This document shows positions 9,310 to 18,420 of a stretch of DNA of 64,000 nucleotides, one piece after another. Source of the DNA: Planctomycetia bacterium (GTDB taxonomy: Bacteria; Planctomycetota; Planctomycetia; Pirellulales; UBA7805); the NCBI GenBank assembly GCA_021413585.1, contig JAIOQB010000278.1, positions 783-64,782 of the forward strand, read 5' to 3'. Each line of letters starts with the position of its first letter. The stretch's first letter is position 1. A program made the position numbers and the translations under genes. The notes beneath the pieces were generated by a model. The model had not been told where the DNA came from. It did not search any database and saw only the letters and a program-made list of their open reading frames with translations.

Positions 9310-10341
9310 ATGCCCCATCTCTCGGTTTCGGTGATCATCCCCACCTACAATCGCGCCCCGCTGATCGAGCGGGCCATCCACTCCGCGTTGTCGCAGTTGC
9401 AAAGCGGCGACGAGATCATCGTCGTGGACGATGGCTCGACGGACAACACGCAGGCGGTCGTCGAGCGGATCAGCGGGCCGATTCGCTACGTGCTCACTCC
9501 CAACGGCGGCGCGGGACGGGCCCGCAACGTCGGCCTGTCGCACGCGCGGGGCGACTTGGTGGCGTTTCTCGATTCCGACGACGAATGGATGCCCGGTAAG
9601 TTGGCGATGCAGCGGGCGCTGATGGCCGCGCGGCCCGACGTGCTGTTCGCGTTCTCGAACTTCGCCGTCACGCTCAAAGGGGGGCAGCCCGTTCATGACT
9701 ACCTGATCAATTGGCTCAAGGAGCCGATGCCGTGGGACGTGGCCCTGGCGCCGGCCGTGCCGCTGTCTTCAATTGCCGCAGTTCCTGAAGGCGTGGCCGA
9801 CTGCGCGGTTCACATCGGCGACTTGTCGGCGGCCGAAATGGTGGATAACTACGTGCTCACCAGCAGCTTCATCGTTCGGAGGGTGGAGGCGGGCGACGCA
9901 TTGCAATTCGCCCCCGACCTGAAGATTTTTGAGGATTGGTACTGTTTTGCTCGGCTGTCGCTCAAGGGCAATGCGGCCTATTTCGACTGCGAAACCGCCT
10001 GGCAGCACGGCCTGGCCGACGACCGCGTCTCCGACGCCGGCACGCTCGACCGGGCCGAAGGATGGCACGTGCTCAACGAGCGCATCTGGTCCACCGAGCC
10101 CGAGTTCCTCCGCCGCCACGCCTCGCTCTATCAGCAACGCCTGCGACGCCACCGGCTGAACTTTGCCCGTGGGCTGATCGGCGCCGGCGACACCCGCCGC
10201 GCTCGCGAGATTCTGGCGAAGGAACCCAACGTGCCGTGGCCGTATCGCGTTCTGTCGCACGTTCCCGGAGCGGTGATCCGACCGCTGGCGGAAGCCCGCC
10301 GCCGGATCGTGGTGCCGTTGCAGGCGCCGGTGACGACGTGA
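9310..10341 (+). CDS. family 2 glycosyltransferase
   Basis: ORF 9079..10341 trimmed to ATG 9310 (MPHLSVSVIIPTYNRAPLIERAIHSALSQ). Carries the GT2 DxD context VVDDGSTDNT and FLDSDDEW. Confidence 0.85.
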   Translation: MPHLSVSVIIPTYNRAPLIERAIHSALSQLQSGDEIIVVDDGSTDNTQAVVERISGPIRYVLTPNGGAGRARNVGLSHARGDLVAFLDSDDEWMPGKLAMQRALMAARPDVLFAFSNFAVTLKGGQPVHDYLINWLKEPMPWDVALAPAVPLSSIAAVPEGVADCAVHIGDLSAAEMVDNYVLTSSFIVRRVEAGDALQFAPDLKIFEDWYCFARLSLKGNAAYFDCETAWQHGLADDRVSDAGTLDRAEGWHVLNERIWSTEPEFLRRHASLYQQRLRRHRLNFARGLIGAGDTRRAREILAKEPNVPWPYRVLSHVPGAVIRPLAEARRRIVVPLQAPVTT

Positions 10342-10352
10342 AAACCTGCTTG

Positions 10353-10498
10353 TGAGCCGCAAGGCGCTAGCCGCGGGTTCCAGTGAGAGCCGCCAACTGA
10401 GACCGGTGGCTAGCGCCATTCCGCTCACTAGCCCGACGCGCAAGCGCGCAATCGAGGGGGCACCACTCTAAGTCCCTCGCTTGCGCTTCGGGCTAGCG
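10353..10498. repeat. two adjacent REP-like GC-rich hairpins
   Basis: Hairpin 1 pairs gtgagccgcaaggcgctagccgcgggt with accggtggctagcgccattccgctcac. Hairpin 2 pairs cactagcccgacgcgcaagcgcg..gaggg with ccctcgcttgcgcttcgggctagcg. Related copies occur at 16606-16671 and 58301-58320. Confidence 0.65.
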
Positions 10499-10537
10499 AA
10501 TCGTTTCGCAACGCGCCGGCTGTTCTCTCCCCGCATC

Positions 10538-12310
10538 ATGGTTACAATTCCAGAGCGCGGCGTCCGCTGCGCTCCGCCCAGGGCCAGCCGATCCCCGCGC
10601 GGTGCTGTCACCGTACGGAGATCCCCCGTGTCGTTCTTCTTTCGCTGCCGCCGTGCGGATACAGCCCTGGATGCCGGCGCAAAGCAACTGGCGGCCCAGT
10701 CCCCCTGTGCGGCGATCCAACCGCAGCATGGCCCGCCGCGCATCGAGCGTTTGACGGAGCACGTCTACTGCGCCATCGGCTACGGCCTGAGCAATATCAC
10801 GCTGGTGGCGGTAGACGGCGGCCAGGTGATCATCGACGCCGGCGAATCGCTCCGTGTAGCGCGGCGCGTCAAAGCTGAGTTCGATGCTCTCGTCCCCGGC
10901 CCCGTGCGGGCGATCATTCTCACCCATTCGCACCCCGACCATATTTTGGGCGTGTCGGCGTTTCACACCCCGGGCGTGCCGATCTGGGCCAACGATCACT
11001 ACGTTGATGAAATCCGCACCCAGCTCGGCGGTCTCTCGAAGACGCTCCGCCGCCGCGGCGCGAAGCAGTTCGGCAGTGGTCTTCCTCCCGACGCAATATC
11101 GGCAACCGGCATTGGCCCGGTGCTGGAATTGGATCACGATCGCGTCCCGCCGCTGATGCTGCCGACGCACACGTTCCGCGACCGGGCCAGCTTTGAAGTC
11201 GGCGGGGTGCAATTCGACCTGCACGAAGCGCCGGGCGAAACGCGCGACCATCTGCTGGTGCATTTGCCTCAGTCGGGCGGGGTGATGGCGGGGGACAACG
11301 TGTATCGCAGCTTCCCGAATCTGTACGCCATTCGCGGCGTCGCGCCGCGGCCCGTGCGGGACTGGATCGGCTCGCTCGATAAAATCCGCCGCCTGGAGCC
11401 GCAATGGCTGGCGCTGGGACATACCGAGCCGATTTGCGGGCCGGCAAACGTCAGCGAGGTGCTCACCGCGTATCGCGACGGCATCTCATACCTCCACGCC
11501 GCGGTGATCCGGCTTTCCAACCGAGGGCATACGCCCGACGAGATGGTCGAGATGATCCGGCTCCCCGAGCATCTTCGCTCGCACCCCTACCTGCAGGAAA
11601 CCTACGGCAAAGTGACCTGGGGCGTGCGCGGGATTTATGAAGGATACCTGGGTTGGTTCGACGGCAACCCGACGCGGCTGGCCCCGCTGGCCACTGCCGA
11701 CTACGCCGCCCGCATGACCGAGTTGGCCGGCGGGCCGGCGCGGATCGAGCTGCAAATCGTCGCCGCGTTGGAACGCGGCGAGCCACAATGGGCGGCCGAG
11801 CTGTGCGATCTACTGCTGCCGCTGCGGCCGCAGGACGACCGGCTGCGACACTGGAAGGCCACGGCGCTGGACCGCCTGGCCGCTGCCGACGCCAACCCCG
11901 TGGCACGCAACTACTATCGCAGCTCGGCGGCCGAGCTGCGCGACGTGGCCCGCTCGGCCGGCCCGAGGCTGGAGGTCGAGACGGTGGCCAGCATTCCGGT
12001 CGAACTCTTGATGCAGTCGCTGCCGATCCGCCTGCGCGCTGACCGGGCTGCTGAGTTGAGCCTGCGGATTGGTTTTGAGTTCTGCGACAGCGGCAAGCAG
12101 TTCACGTTCTACATCCGCCGCGGCGTAGGGGAGGTGCGGCCGGGTGTCCTCGACGAGCCCGATTTTGTGATCACCGCCAGCGAAACGGATTTTAAAGCCC
12201 TAGCCATCGGGGTGCTCAAAGGCCCACGGGCGGTCGTATCGGGCCGACTTAAATGCAGCGCGGGTTGGCGCAAGCTGCGGCTGCTAAAGTCGCTGCTGGA
12301 GCCGGCGTAG
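10538..12310 (+). CDS. alkyl/aryl-sulfatase (MBL fold plus dimerisation domain plus SCP2-like C-terminus)
   Basis: MBL motif ILTHSHPDH. Central YGKVTWGVRGIYEGYLGWFDGNPTRLAPL is typical of the alkyl-sulfatase dimerisation domain. SCP2-like tail FVITASETDFKALAIGVLKG. Start is uncertain: the ORF opens at 10481 inside a REP hairpin, so ATG 10538 is preferred. Confidence 0.75.
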   Translation: MVTIPERGVRCAPPRASRSPRGAVTVRRSPVSFFFRCRRADTALDAGAKQLAAQSPCAAIQPQHGPPRIERLTEHVYCAIGYGLSNITLVAVDGGQVIIDAGESLRVARRVKAEFDALVPGPVRAIILTHSHPDHILGVSAFHTPGVPIWANDHYVDEIRTQLGGLSKTLRRRGAKQFGSGLPPDAISATGIGPVLELDHDRVPPLMLPTHTFRDRASFEVGGVQFDLHEAPGETRDHLLVHLPQSGGVMAGDNVYRSFPNLYAIRGVAPRPVRDWIGSLDKIRRLEPQWLALGHTEPICGPANVSEVLTAYRDGISYLHAAVIRLSNRGHTPDEMVEMIRLPEHLRSHPYLQETYGKVTWGVRGIYEGYLGWFDGNPTRLAPLATADYAARMTELAGGPARIELQIVAALERGEPQWAAELCDLLLPLRPQDDRLRHWKATALDRLAAADANPVARNYYRSSAAELRDVARSAGPRLEVETVASIPVELLMQSLPIRLRADRAAELSLRIGFEFCDSGKQFTFYIRRGVGEVRPGVLDEPDFVITASETDFKALAIGVLKGPRAVVSGRLKCSAGWRKLRLLKSLLEPA

Positions 12311-12509
12311 GGTTGGCTCGCCCGGCGACCACCCTGGCCGCCCTCCTTCCAGCTATCAGGTCCATTCGGCCTCTTTCCGTCCGGCTCACGATTTGCACCC
12401 ACTCGGACAGCTTTATCCTGTCCCTGGAAGGCTCCGCTGCGAATAATTGTATGTTTGTATATGCATTCTTCTATCTGTCGCATTGAGGGCAATTCTGCCG
12501 AGGCGTGCC

Positions 12510-14522
12510 ATGCCGACGCGAGACTTGTTTCATCCCGATCAGTATCGGTCGTTCGCCAATCTGGCGGAGGCGTTCTTTTTCAATGCCAACGCGGCCCGCG
12601 ATCTGCCCGCCTACGAGCAGGCCCAAGCCGATCCGGAGAATCCGAATCTCCCTCGGCGTTATATCGCCACGCTCAACAGTCAGTCTCGCGAGCGCGTGTT
12701 GAAGCTCGCCGCCCACCTGGAACGGGTTGGCGTCCGGCCCGGCGACATTGTAACCATCATCTCGCTCGACCGGCCCGAATGGGCGGAAGCGGAGATGGCG
12801 GTTTACACCGTGGGCGGTGTCGTGGTGCCGGCCTACGTGCGCGACCCGCTCGACCGGCTGCACCAGATCCTCTGCGACTCGGGCGTCACGTTCGCGCTGA
12901 CTGAAAACCAGGAGCAACTTGACAAGTTGTGGCAGTTGTCCCTCAACGCCGGCGGCGGTTTACCGCAACTCAACCTGCGGGCCATCGTGGCCTTCGAGGA
13001 GGTCCATTTGCCCAACGAATGGCGTCCGACAGCTCCGCCGCTATCACTGCTGCGCGATGTTCTGGCCACTGAAAAAGTGCGGGCTGAAAAGTCGTTCGCC
13101 TGGAACACGCTCACGCGCGACACTTTAGCCTGCGTGTACTACACATCGGGCTCGACCGGGCGGCCGAAGGGAGTGCCGGTCACGCACGGCCAGGCTTTGG
13201 AGAACTTGCGGCAGATCGCCGCTTCGCGACTGGTCGACTACACCGCCTACGCGGCGGCAGGCTGGCAGGGGGTGCAGCCGTCGGTCACGTCGTTTTTGAT
13301 CGAGCGGGCCCATGTGTATCCGTCGCGCACGGGTCAACTGGTCGCCACTTCACCGGCGCTGGCTCGCTATCCGGCGGTGGTCGATCGGCGCCATTCACGG
13401 ATCACGCCCGAGTTTCGCGACTCGCTCCGCCGCGACCTCCGCGAAAACGCGGGCCAGTTGGTTCTGGTCGTTCCCGAGACGCTCATGACGATGGTCCGCG
13501 CGATCCGACAACGACTGGCGGTGGCGGGTATACCCGGCCGCTGGGCTCGCTACGTGATTGAAAACGCCGCCGCTCGGATTCTTGATGAAGCACACGGCAC
13601 GTCCAAGTGGTCCACCCGTCTGCTGTCCGCCCTGCTTGCGCCGTTGCGGCGCCGTCTGGCCAAACGCGTGCGACGACAAATCGTGGGGCCAGAGTTCGAG
13701 TTCTTTGTCTCCGGCGGGGCCAAGCTGCCGCTGGAGACGGCCGCGTTTCTCGGTGCCCTCGATCTGCCGGTGTATGAAGGTTACGGCAGCACAGAAACCA
13801 ATTGCCCCGTGGCGGTCAATACGCCGCTGGTGCATCGTCTCGGCAGCGTGGGCAAGCTGTTCGTCGGCGTCGAGACACGGCTCGACTCCGAAACCGGCGA
13901 ACTGCTTGTCCGCGGCCCGAACGTGGTGCATGAGTATTGGCATCTGCCGGAGGAGACGGCGGCCACCTGGTCGGCGGACGGCTGGTGCCATACGCACGAC
14001 TCCGGCCACGTCGATGCAGACGGCTTTTTGTACGTTGACGATCGGCTCGACAACATGCTGGTACTGCTCAACGGCGAAAACGTCTCCGCCACGCAGATCG
14101 CCGGCCGGTTCGCCGCGATCCCGTGGATCGAGGCGGTCGTGGTCGTCGGCCATCGGCGGCCGGCGCTGGTCGCGTTGGTGGCACTCAATGAGCAAGTGGT
14201 GCGGCGCTGGGCCGCCGACACAGGGCACGAACTAGCCGAAGATTGGCGGAATGACCCTCGCGTGGTCGAGCTGCTGCGGGCCGACGTCGAACAGCAAGTC
14301 AACGCCCCGGCCCAGCACGGCTTCGAGCGGATTCGGCACATCGGCATCATCGAGTCGCTTTCACCCGACGAGCGCACGCTCACCGCGACGGAAAAAGTCC
14401 GCCGCAACGAAGTGGGGCGACGCTATGCGGCTTTGATCGAACGACTGTACGCCGAGCATTCGGCCGAGCCGCGGCGTCGCTGGCCGCTCGTGTTGGAAAT
14501 GCACCGTGCGGCGGCACTGTAG
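12510..14522 (+). CDS. AMP-dependent synthetase/ligase (acyl-CoA synthetase-like)
   Basis: AMP-binding motif YYTSGSTGRPKGV, then YEGYGSTE and the GDxG-type region HTHDSGHVDADGFLYVDDR. ORF 12447 trimmed to ATG 12510. Confidence 0.85.
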   Translation: MPTRDLFHPDQYRSFANLAEAFFFNANAARDLPAYEQAQADPENPNLPRRYIATLNSQSRERVLKLAAHLERVGVRPGDIVTIISLDRPEWAEAEMAVYTVGGVVVPAYVRDPLDRLHQILCDSGVTFALTENQEQLDKLWQLSLNAGGGLPQLNLRAIVAFEEVHLPNEWRPTAPPLSLLRDVLATEKVRAEKSFAWNTLTRDTLACVYYTSGSTGRPKGVPVTHGQALENLRQIAASRLVDYTAYAAAGWQGVQPSVTSFLIERAHVYPSRTGQLVATSPALARYPAVVDRRHSRITPEFRDSLRRDLRENAGQLVLVVPETLMTMVRAIRQRLAVAGIPGRWARYVIENAAARILDEAHGTSKWSTRLLSALLAPLRRRLAKRVRRQIVGPEFEFFVSGGAKLPLETAAFLGALDLPVYEGYGSTETNCPVAVNTPLVHRLGSVGKLFVGVETRLDSETGELLVRGPNVVHEYWHLPEETAATWSADGWCHTHDSGHVDADGFLYVDDRLDNMLVLLNGENVSATQIAGRFAAIPWIEAVVVVGHRRPALVALVALNEQVVRRWAADTGHELAEDWRNDPRVVELLRADVEQQVNAPAQHGFERIRHIGIIESLSPDERTLTATEKVRRNEVGRRYAALIERLYAEHSAEPRRRWPLVLEMHRAAAL

Positions 14523-14551
14523 AGGTAGAAATCAAGAACAGGAATGTCCCG

Positions 14552-16588
14552 ATGTCCACGCAAGAAAAGCTCACCTCCTCTGCCTCGCAACATCTGGGCG
14601 GCCCCCATGTTCCCTGGTTCGGCCACGCCACCCGACCGGTTGAACGTCCGGCAACCGGCGAACCGATGTCGCGCACGCAAGGCCGTTTGCGGCTCGTCTC
14701 CGCTGCCGTTCCAACACTAACGCCGTTGGCCTCGATTCCAAAACTGTTTCGTGCCCGGGCCGAAGAGGTGCGGCGAAATTATGGCCACCTCTACCACCGT
14801 CCGGTGATCGAAGACGCGGCAGGCAATCGATACTTTCATCGCGCGCGTTTGTATCGCCGACATGGGCTGAACATTTTGTTCCTGCGCGGCGACTATACGG
14901 AGATGGCCCTGCAGCATGGGCGATTGCTGGCCGACGTGATTCCGCTCGGCGCCCCGCCGCAGTCGGCCCGCACGGTCGAAAACGCGGTGGCCAACATGCT
15001 GGGGCGGCACAGCATGTTCCAGCATCTGCTGGCCGAGGGGATCCATCGGCTGATCACGAACCGGATACTCACGCACGCCAGTGTGGCGGTGCGGGATGAG
15101 CTCGGCGAGATCGGCATGTTCGAGGAGGCGATCGCGCTGAGCGACGCGACGGGCGTTGGCGTCGAACAGTTGGTCCGCGGCTTGTTCAACCCTGAGGTGA
15201 TGTTGATCCTGGCCAACCACAGCAACGACGGCCGGCAACTTTCGGCGCGGCAGTTGGCGGTGGCGGCGCAGGTGGCGTGCCACTGCACAACATTTGGCGC
15301 CTGGGGAGGCAGCACCACCGATGGCGGCCTGATCGTGGGCCGCAACCTCGACTATCCCCTCAACGGCTACTTCGATCGCTTCCCGACGGTGACCTATTGC
15401 GAACCGACCGGCGGACAACGGTATATGTCGTTCGTCTCGGCCGGCGTGCATAACTGCGGCACCACGGCCTACAACGAGGCGGGCATTTTCATGTCGTCGC
15501 ACACGATCCCCACCACCGACGTCTCCGTGCATGGCGTGCCGGCGTTCATCACCGCCAATCAGGCCGTGCGGTATGCCAAGACGTTCGACGACGTCGTCGA
15601 CCTGTTCCGCCGCATGCCGCCGCCGACGGGGTGGGGCTTCTTCGTGTCCAGCACGCGCGAAGGTCGCGTCGGCACGATTGAAATGTCGAACCGGCAAGTG
15701 GTGGTCCGCCCCTCCGTCGGGGACTCGCACGTGCAGACGAACCATTTTCGCTCGTCACCGCTGTGCGACCGCAACTTGTTTCTCAACACGTCGGTCGTTC
15801 AAGACATTGAGGGACGTTCGCAGCGAATTCAGCAGCGGCTGGACGAAGCGCGGGGGCGAATGGACGCAGAAGAGGCGGTCTCGGTCCTCGGCGATCAAGT
15901 CGATCCGTACGTCAATGAAACCCGCGGGTTGGGGAGCACCGTGGGAGTTCACACCACGATGATGAGCGTTGTGCTTGATGCCGCCCGTGATCGAGTGCTC
16001 GTATCGACCGGCCCCGCGCCGGCGCCGCATCATCCGTTTGTCGAGCTGCCGCTGATCGGCACGTTCGACCGCCGCGATTTTCGCCGCTGGCCGCTGCGCG
16101 TGACGCTGAACGAATCGTTCCGCAAACAGCACGGCGAAAAGCTGGCCGCCATGGAAACGTTCATCAAGGCGAAGCGGGCCTACGAGCAAGAGAACGACGT
16201 TGCCCGGGCGTACGATCTGCTGCAGCATGCGGCCGAGCAGGACCCGCCGAACCCGGCCTATCGCTTTCAATTGGGCATTTTTGCCCTGAAGAACCACCGT
16301 CACGTGGACGCGGTGCGAGCCTTCGGCGACATTCTGGAATGCCCTTATGTGCCCGATCAACTGCGGCGGCTGGCACATTACTATCGGGGCCGCACGTTTG
16401 CGTTGCTGCAAGAATCGAAGCAGGCGCTGGCGGACTTGGGCGTCATCATCGGCGACGCGGAGGCAGACCCTCGCATGCGCTCGGCGGCCCAGCGAGCCGC
16501 GCTGCGCACCCGCTTGCTTGGCGGCTGGCCGCTGTCGAAGCGGAGCTTGATGATCATGATGCAGCATTCGGACATGCTGCGGTATTGA
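14552..16588 (+). CDS. peptidase C45 / acyl-CoA:6-APA acyltransferase-like Ntn hydrolase with C-terminal TPR region
   Basis: Candidate nucleophile context ACHCTTFGAWGG followed by IVGRNLDYP, as in the C45 family. The C-terminal ~150 aa are TPR-like (YEQENDVARAYDLLQHAAEQDPPNPAYRFQLGIFAL). Confidence 0.6.
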   Translation: MSTQEKLTSSASQHLGGPHVPWFGHATRPVERPATGEPMSRTQGRLRLVSAAVPTLTPLASIPKLFRARAEEVRRNYGHLYHRPVIEDAAGNRYFHRARLYRRHGLNILFLRGDYTEMALQHGRLLADVIPLGAPPQSARTVENAVANMLGRHSMFQHLLAEGIHRLITNRILTHASVAVRDELGEIGMFEEAIALSDATGVGVEQLVRGLFNPEVMLILANHSNDGRQLSARQLAVAAQVACHCTTFGAWGGSTTDGGLIVGRNLDYPLNGYFDRFPTVTYCEPTGGQRYMSFVSAGVHNCGTTAYNEAGIFMSSHTIPTTDVSVHGVPAFITANQAVRYAKTFDDVVDLFRRMPPPTGWGFFVSSTREGRVGTIEMSNRQVVVRPSVGDSHVQTNHFRSSPLCDRNLFLNTSVVQDIEGRSQRIQQRLDEARGRMDAEEAVSVLGDQVDPYVNETRGLGSTVGVHTTMMSVVLDAARDRVLVSTGPAPAPHHPFVELPLIGTFDRRDFRRWPLRVTLNESFRKQHGEKLAAMETFIKAKRAYEQENDVARAYDLLQHAAEQDPPNPAYRFQLGIFALKNHRHVDAVRAFGDILECPYVPDQLRRLAHYYRGRTFALLQESKQALADLGVIIGDAEADPRMRSAAQRAALRTRLLGGWPLSKRSLMIMMQHSDMLRY

Positions 16589-16605
16589 GCGGCGGGGCGG
16601 GTACT

Positions 16606-16671
16606 TCACTAGCCCGAAGCGCAAGCGAGGGACGGAAACCGATGCCCCCTCGCTGGCGCTTCGGGCTAGTG
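16606..16671. repeat. REP-like perfect hairpin between convergent genes (possible bidirectional terminator)
   Basis: tcactagcccgaagcgcaagcgaggg (16606-16631) pairs with ccctcgctggcgcttcgggctagtga (16646-16671). Same family as 10426-10498. Confidence 0.7.
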
Positions 16672-16688
16672 ACGGTTGACGGCGTCAA

Positions 16689-17582
16689 TTACTTCTTCTT
16701 CTCCCCCGGCACAATCGGCGTGTCGTCCGCGTTGCCCCATTCGCTCCAGCTTTGGTAGTAGTTGCGGACGTCGTTGGCACCCATCAGTTCCAGGCCGAAT
16801 GCCATCACCGACGCGCGGCCGCCGGACTGGCAATGGGTTGCCGTGGGTTTGGTCAGATCGACGCCGGCGTGCTCGAAGATTCGGCGCAGCTCGTCGGGGC
16901 TCTTGAATCGGCTAGTCTTGGGATCGATCAGATCGCTCCATTCCAGTTGCTTTGCGCCGGGCATCGCGCCGGCCCGTTTGTTGCCGCTGAGGTTCGTCCC
17001 GCAGAATTCTCCTTCCGACCGGGCATCGACAATCTGCGCCTTGCCCCCTTTGATCAAATCGAGCATCTGCTGCTTGGTGGCCAGGCGTTGCTCGCGCGCC
17101 TGGGCCGGATAGACCACCGGCTCGGCCGGCGGCGGAGCTTCCGACGACGTCGGCAAACCGTCCGCCTGCCAGGTCTTCCAGCCGCCGTTGAGTAGCTGGG
17201 CGTGATCGTGCCCCCAATAGCGCAGGATCCACCAGATGCGGGCGGCGTCCTTCGTGGACTGATCGTCGTAGATGACAACCTGCGTGTTTGGGCCGATGCC
17301 CAAGATGCCGATCCGCTTGCTCCAGCCGGCGGCATCGGTCCCTGTGCCGAATGCCGACTTCCAGGCGTTGTGGTCCACCCAGCGGGCGTGGGGGACATGC
17401 GATTGATCGAACTTCTTCCGCTCGCGGGCATCCAGGATGACGACCTTCGCGGCGACGTCAGGCTTTGCCAGCTCGGCCGGTTCGATCAGGAGTTCGGCCT
17501 TGGGATAGACGGCATCGGCCGCTTGCAGGGTGAGTGGGGCGCAGCAGACGATGGCGATGACAAGGTAACGGAAATGTCTCAT
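16689..17582 (-). CDS. secreted tandem-rhodanese sulfurtransferase
   Basis: ORF 16689..17918 trimmed to ATG 17582 (MRHFRYLVIAIVCCAPLTLQA, AAGGAG SD upstream). Two rhodanese domains. Active-site loop HCQSGGRAS. Confidence 0.85.
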   Translation of the reverse strand: MRHFRYLVIAIVCCAPLTLQAADAVYPKAELLIEPAELAKPDVAAKVVILDARERKKFDQSHVPHARWVDHNAWKSAFGTGTDAAGWSKRIGILGIGPNTQVVIYDDQSTKDAARIWWILRYWGHDHAQLLNGGWKTWQADGLPTSSEAPPPAEPVVYPAQAREQRLATKQQMLDLIKGGKAQIVDARSEGEFCGTNLSGNKRAGAMPGAKQLEWSDLIDPKTSRFKSPDELRRIFEHAGVDLTKPTATHCQSGGRASVMAFGLELMGANDVRNYYQSWSEWGNADDTPIVPGEKKK

Positions 17583-17686
17583 GGAGGTAACTCCTTTGCA
17601 CAACGTGGCAACGCCAAATCGATTGTCATATTCTATACTAAGAACCGTTGCCACCGGCATTGTCAAGCTTTGATAAGCGAGGGGTA

Positions 17687-17908
17687 ATGATGACCACGTT
17701 ACTTCAAAAAGCTTTCGCCGAAGCGTCCAAATTGTCGGATGCAGAGCAGGATTTGCTGGCTTCGCGACTGCTCGCCGAGTTGGCGGCTGAAAATGATTTC
17801 GACCGTGCCATTGCCCGAACATCGGCGAAGCTCGTGGGACTTGCGCGAGAGGCAATCGCTGAACACCGCGCTGGTCAGACGGAAGAACTGGACCCGGATC
17901 GGATGTGA
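17687..17908 (+). CDS. putative type II antitoxin-like protein
   Basis: 73 aa: MMTTLLQKAFAEASKLSDAEQDLLASRLLAELAAENDFDRAIARTSAKLVGLAREAIAEHRAGQTEELD. Small, acidic and helical, with an ATGTGA overlap to a downstream stub ORF. Family not identified with certainty. Confidence 0.4.
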   Translation: MMTTLLQKAFAEASKLSDAEQDLLASRLLAELAAENDFDRAIARTSAKLVGLAREAIAEHRAGQTEELDPDRM

Positions 17909-17976
17909 AGCCACGCACAACGAGGCGGTTTCGCGAGCTGCCGTCGCGCCTGGTGAGCCATCTCGAAGCCGTTTGA
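17905..17976 (+). pseudogene. possible 23-codon stub of a RelE/ParE-like toxin gene
   Basis: GTG 17905 overlaps the antitoxin stop. Translation VKPRTTRRFRELPSRLVSHLEAV* resembles the N-terminal T.RF.R.L..LP motif of RelE/ParE toxins, then stops. Confidence 0.3.
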
Positions 17977-17989
17977 ACAGCTTTCCGTT

Positions 17990-18388
17990 CTATCCACGGT
18001 GAGAACCCAGATCACGCACAATCGCTTTGACGCCCTCGGCCGGTATTTCTAAGCCCACAGAAAAACCCGGATTGATGACGACTCCGTATTGGGATGGCAA
18101 CCAGCCAAATGCTTGCTCACCGTTCATTGTGAGGCAGTACTCCGCTACATCTTGGTGCTTTTTCGCTCTCTCTAGGTCCGTCATTACAGCTATCAGAACT
18201 TGACTTTCCGTATTGAAGAGCAAGGGCTGAAAGCCTGTTCCGTCTGCTTGCACCTCCGTCGCGCTCAGGATCACAATGTCATGCGTCAGCAGAATCGACA
18301 AAAAGTCGTGCAATCGCATGCGGCCGCTTTTCGCAGCTACTAGCGCATGTTCGAGCGGATTCAGTGGAATGAACGCATCTGTTGCCAT
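17990..18388 (-). CDS. SseB-like family protein
   Basis: 132 aa. The N-terminal pattern NPLEHALVAAKSG...FLSILLTHDIVILS resembles the SseB N-terminal domain. Confidence 0.45.
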   Translation of the reverse strand: MATDAFIPLNPLEHALVAAKSGRMRLHDFLSILLTHDIVILSATEVQADGTGFQPLLFNTESQVLIAVMTDLERAKKHQDVAEYCLTMNGEQAFGWLPSQYGVVINPGFSVGLEIPAEGVKAIVRDLGSHRG

Positions 18389-18420
18389 GACATGCTCCTC
18401 AATCGCTCCGGCGCGGATGA

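Noticed and set aside
17583-17918. A 112-codon N-terminal extension of the rhodanese ORF overlaps the antitoxin-like gene on the other strand.
   Set aside because: The internal ATG 17582 has a strong AAGGAG SD and begins a clean signal peptide. The extension has no rhodanese homology-like sequence and is explained by GC-driven open frames.
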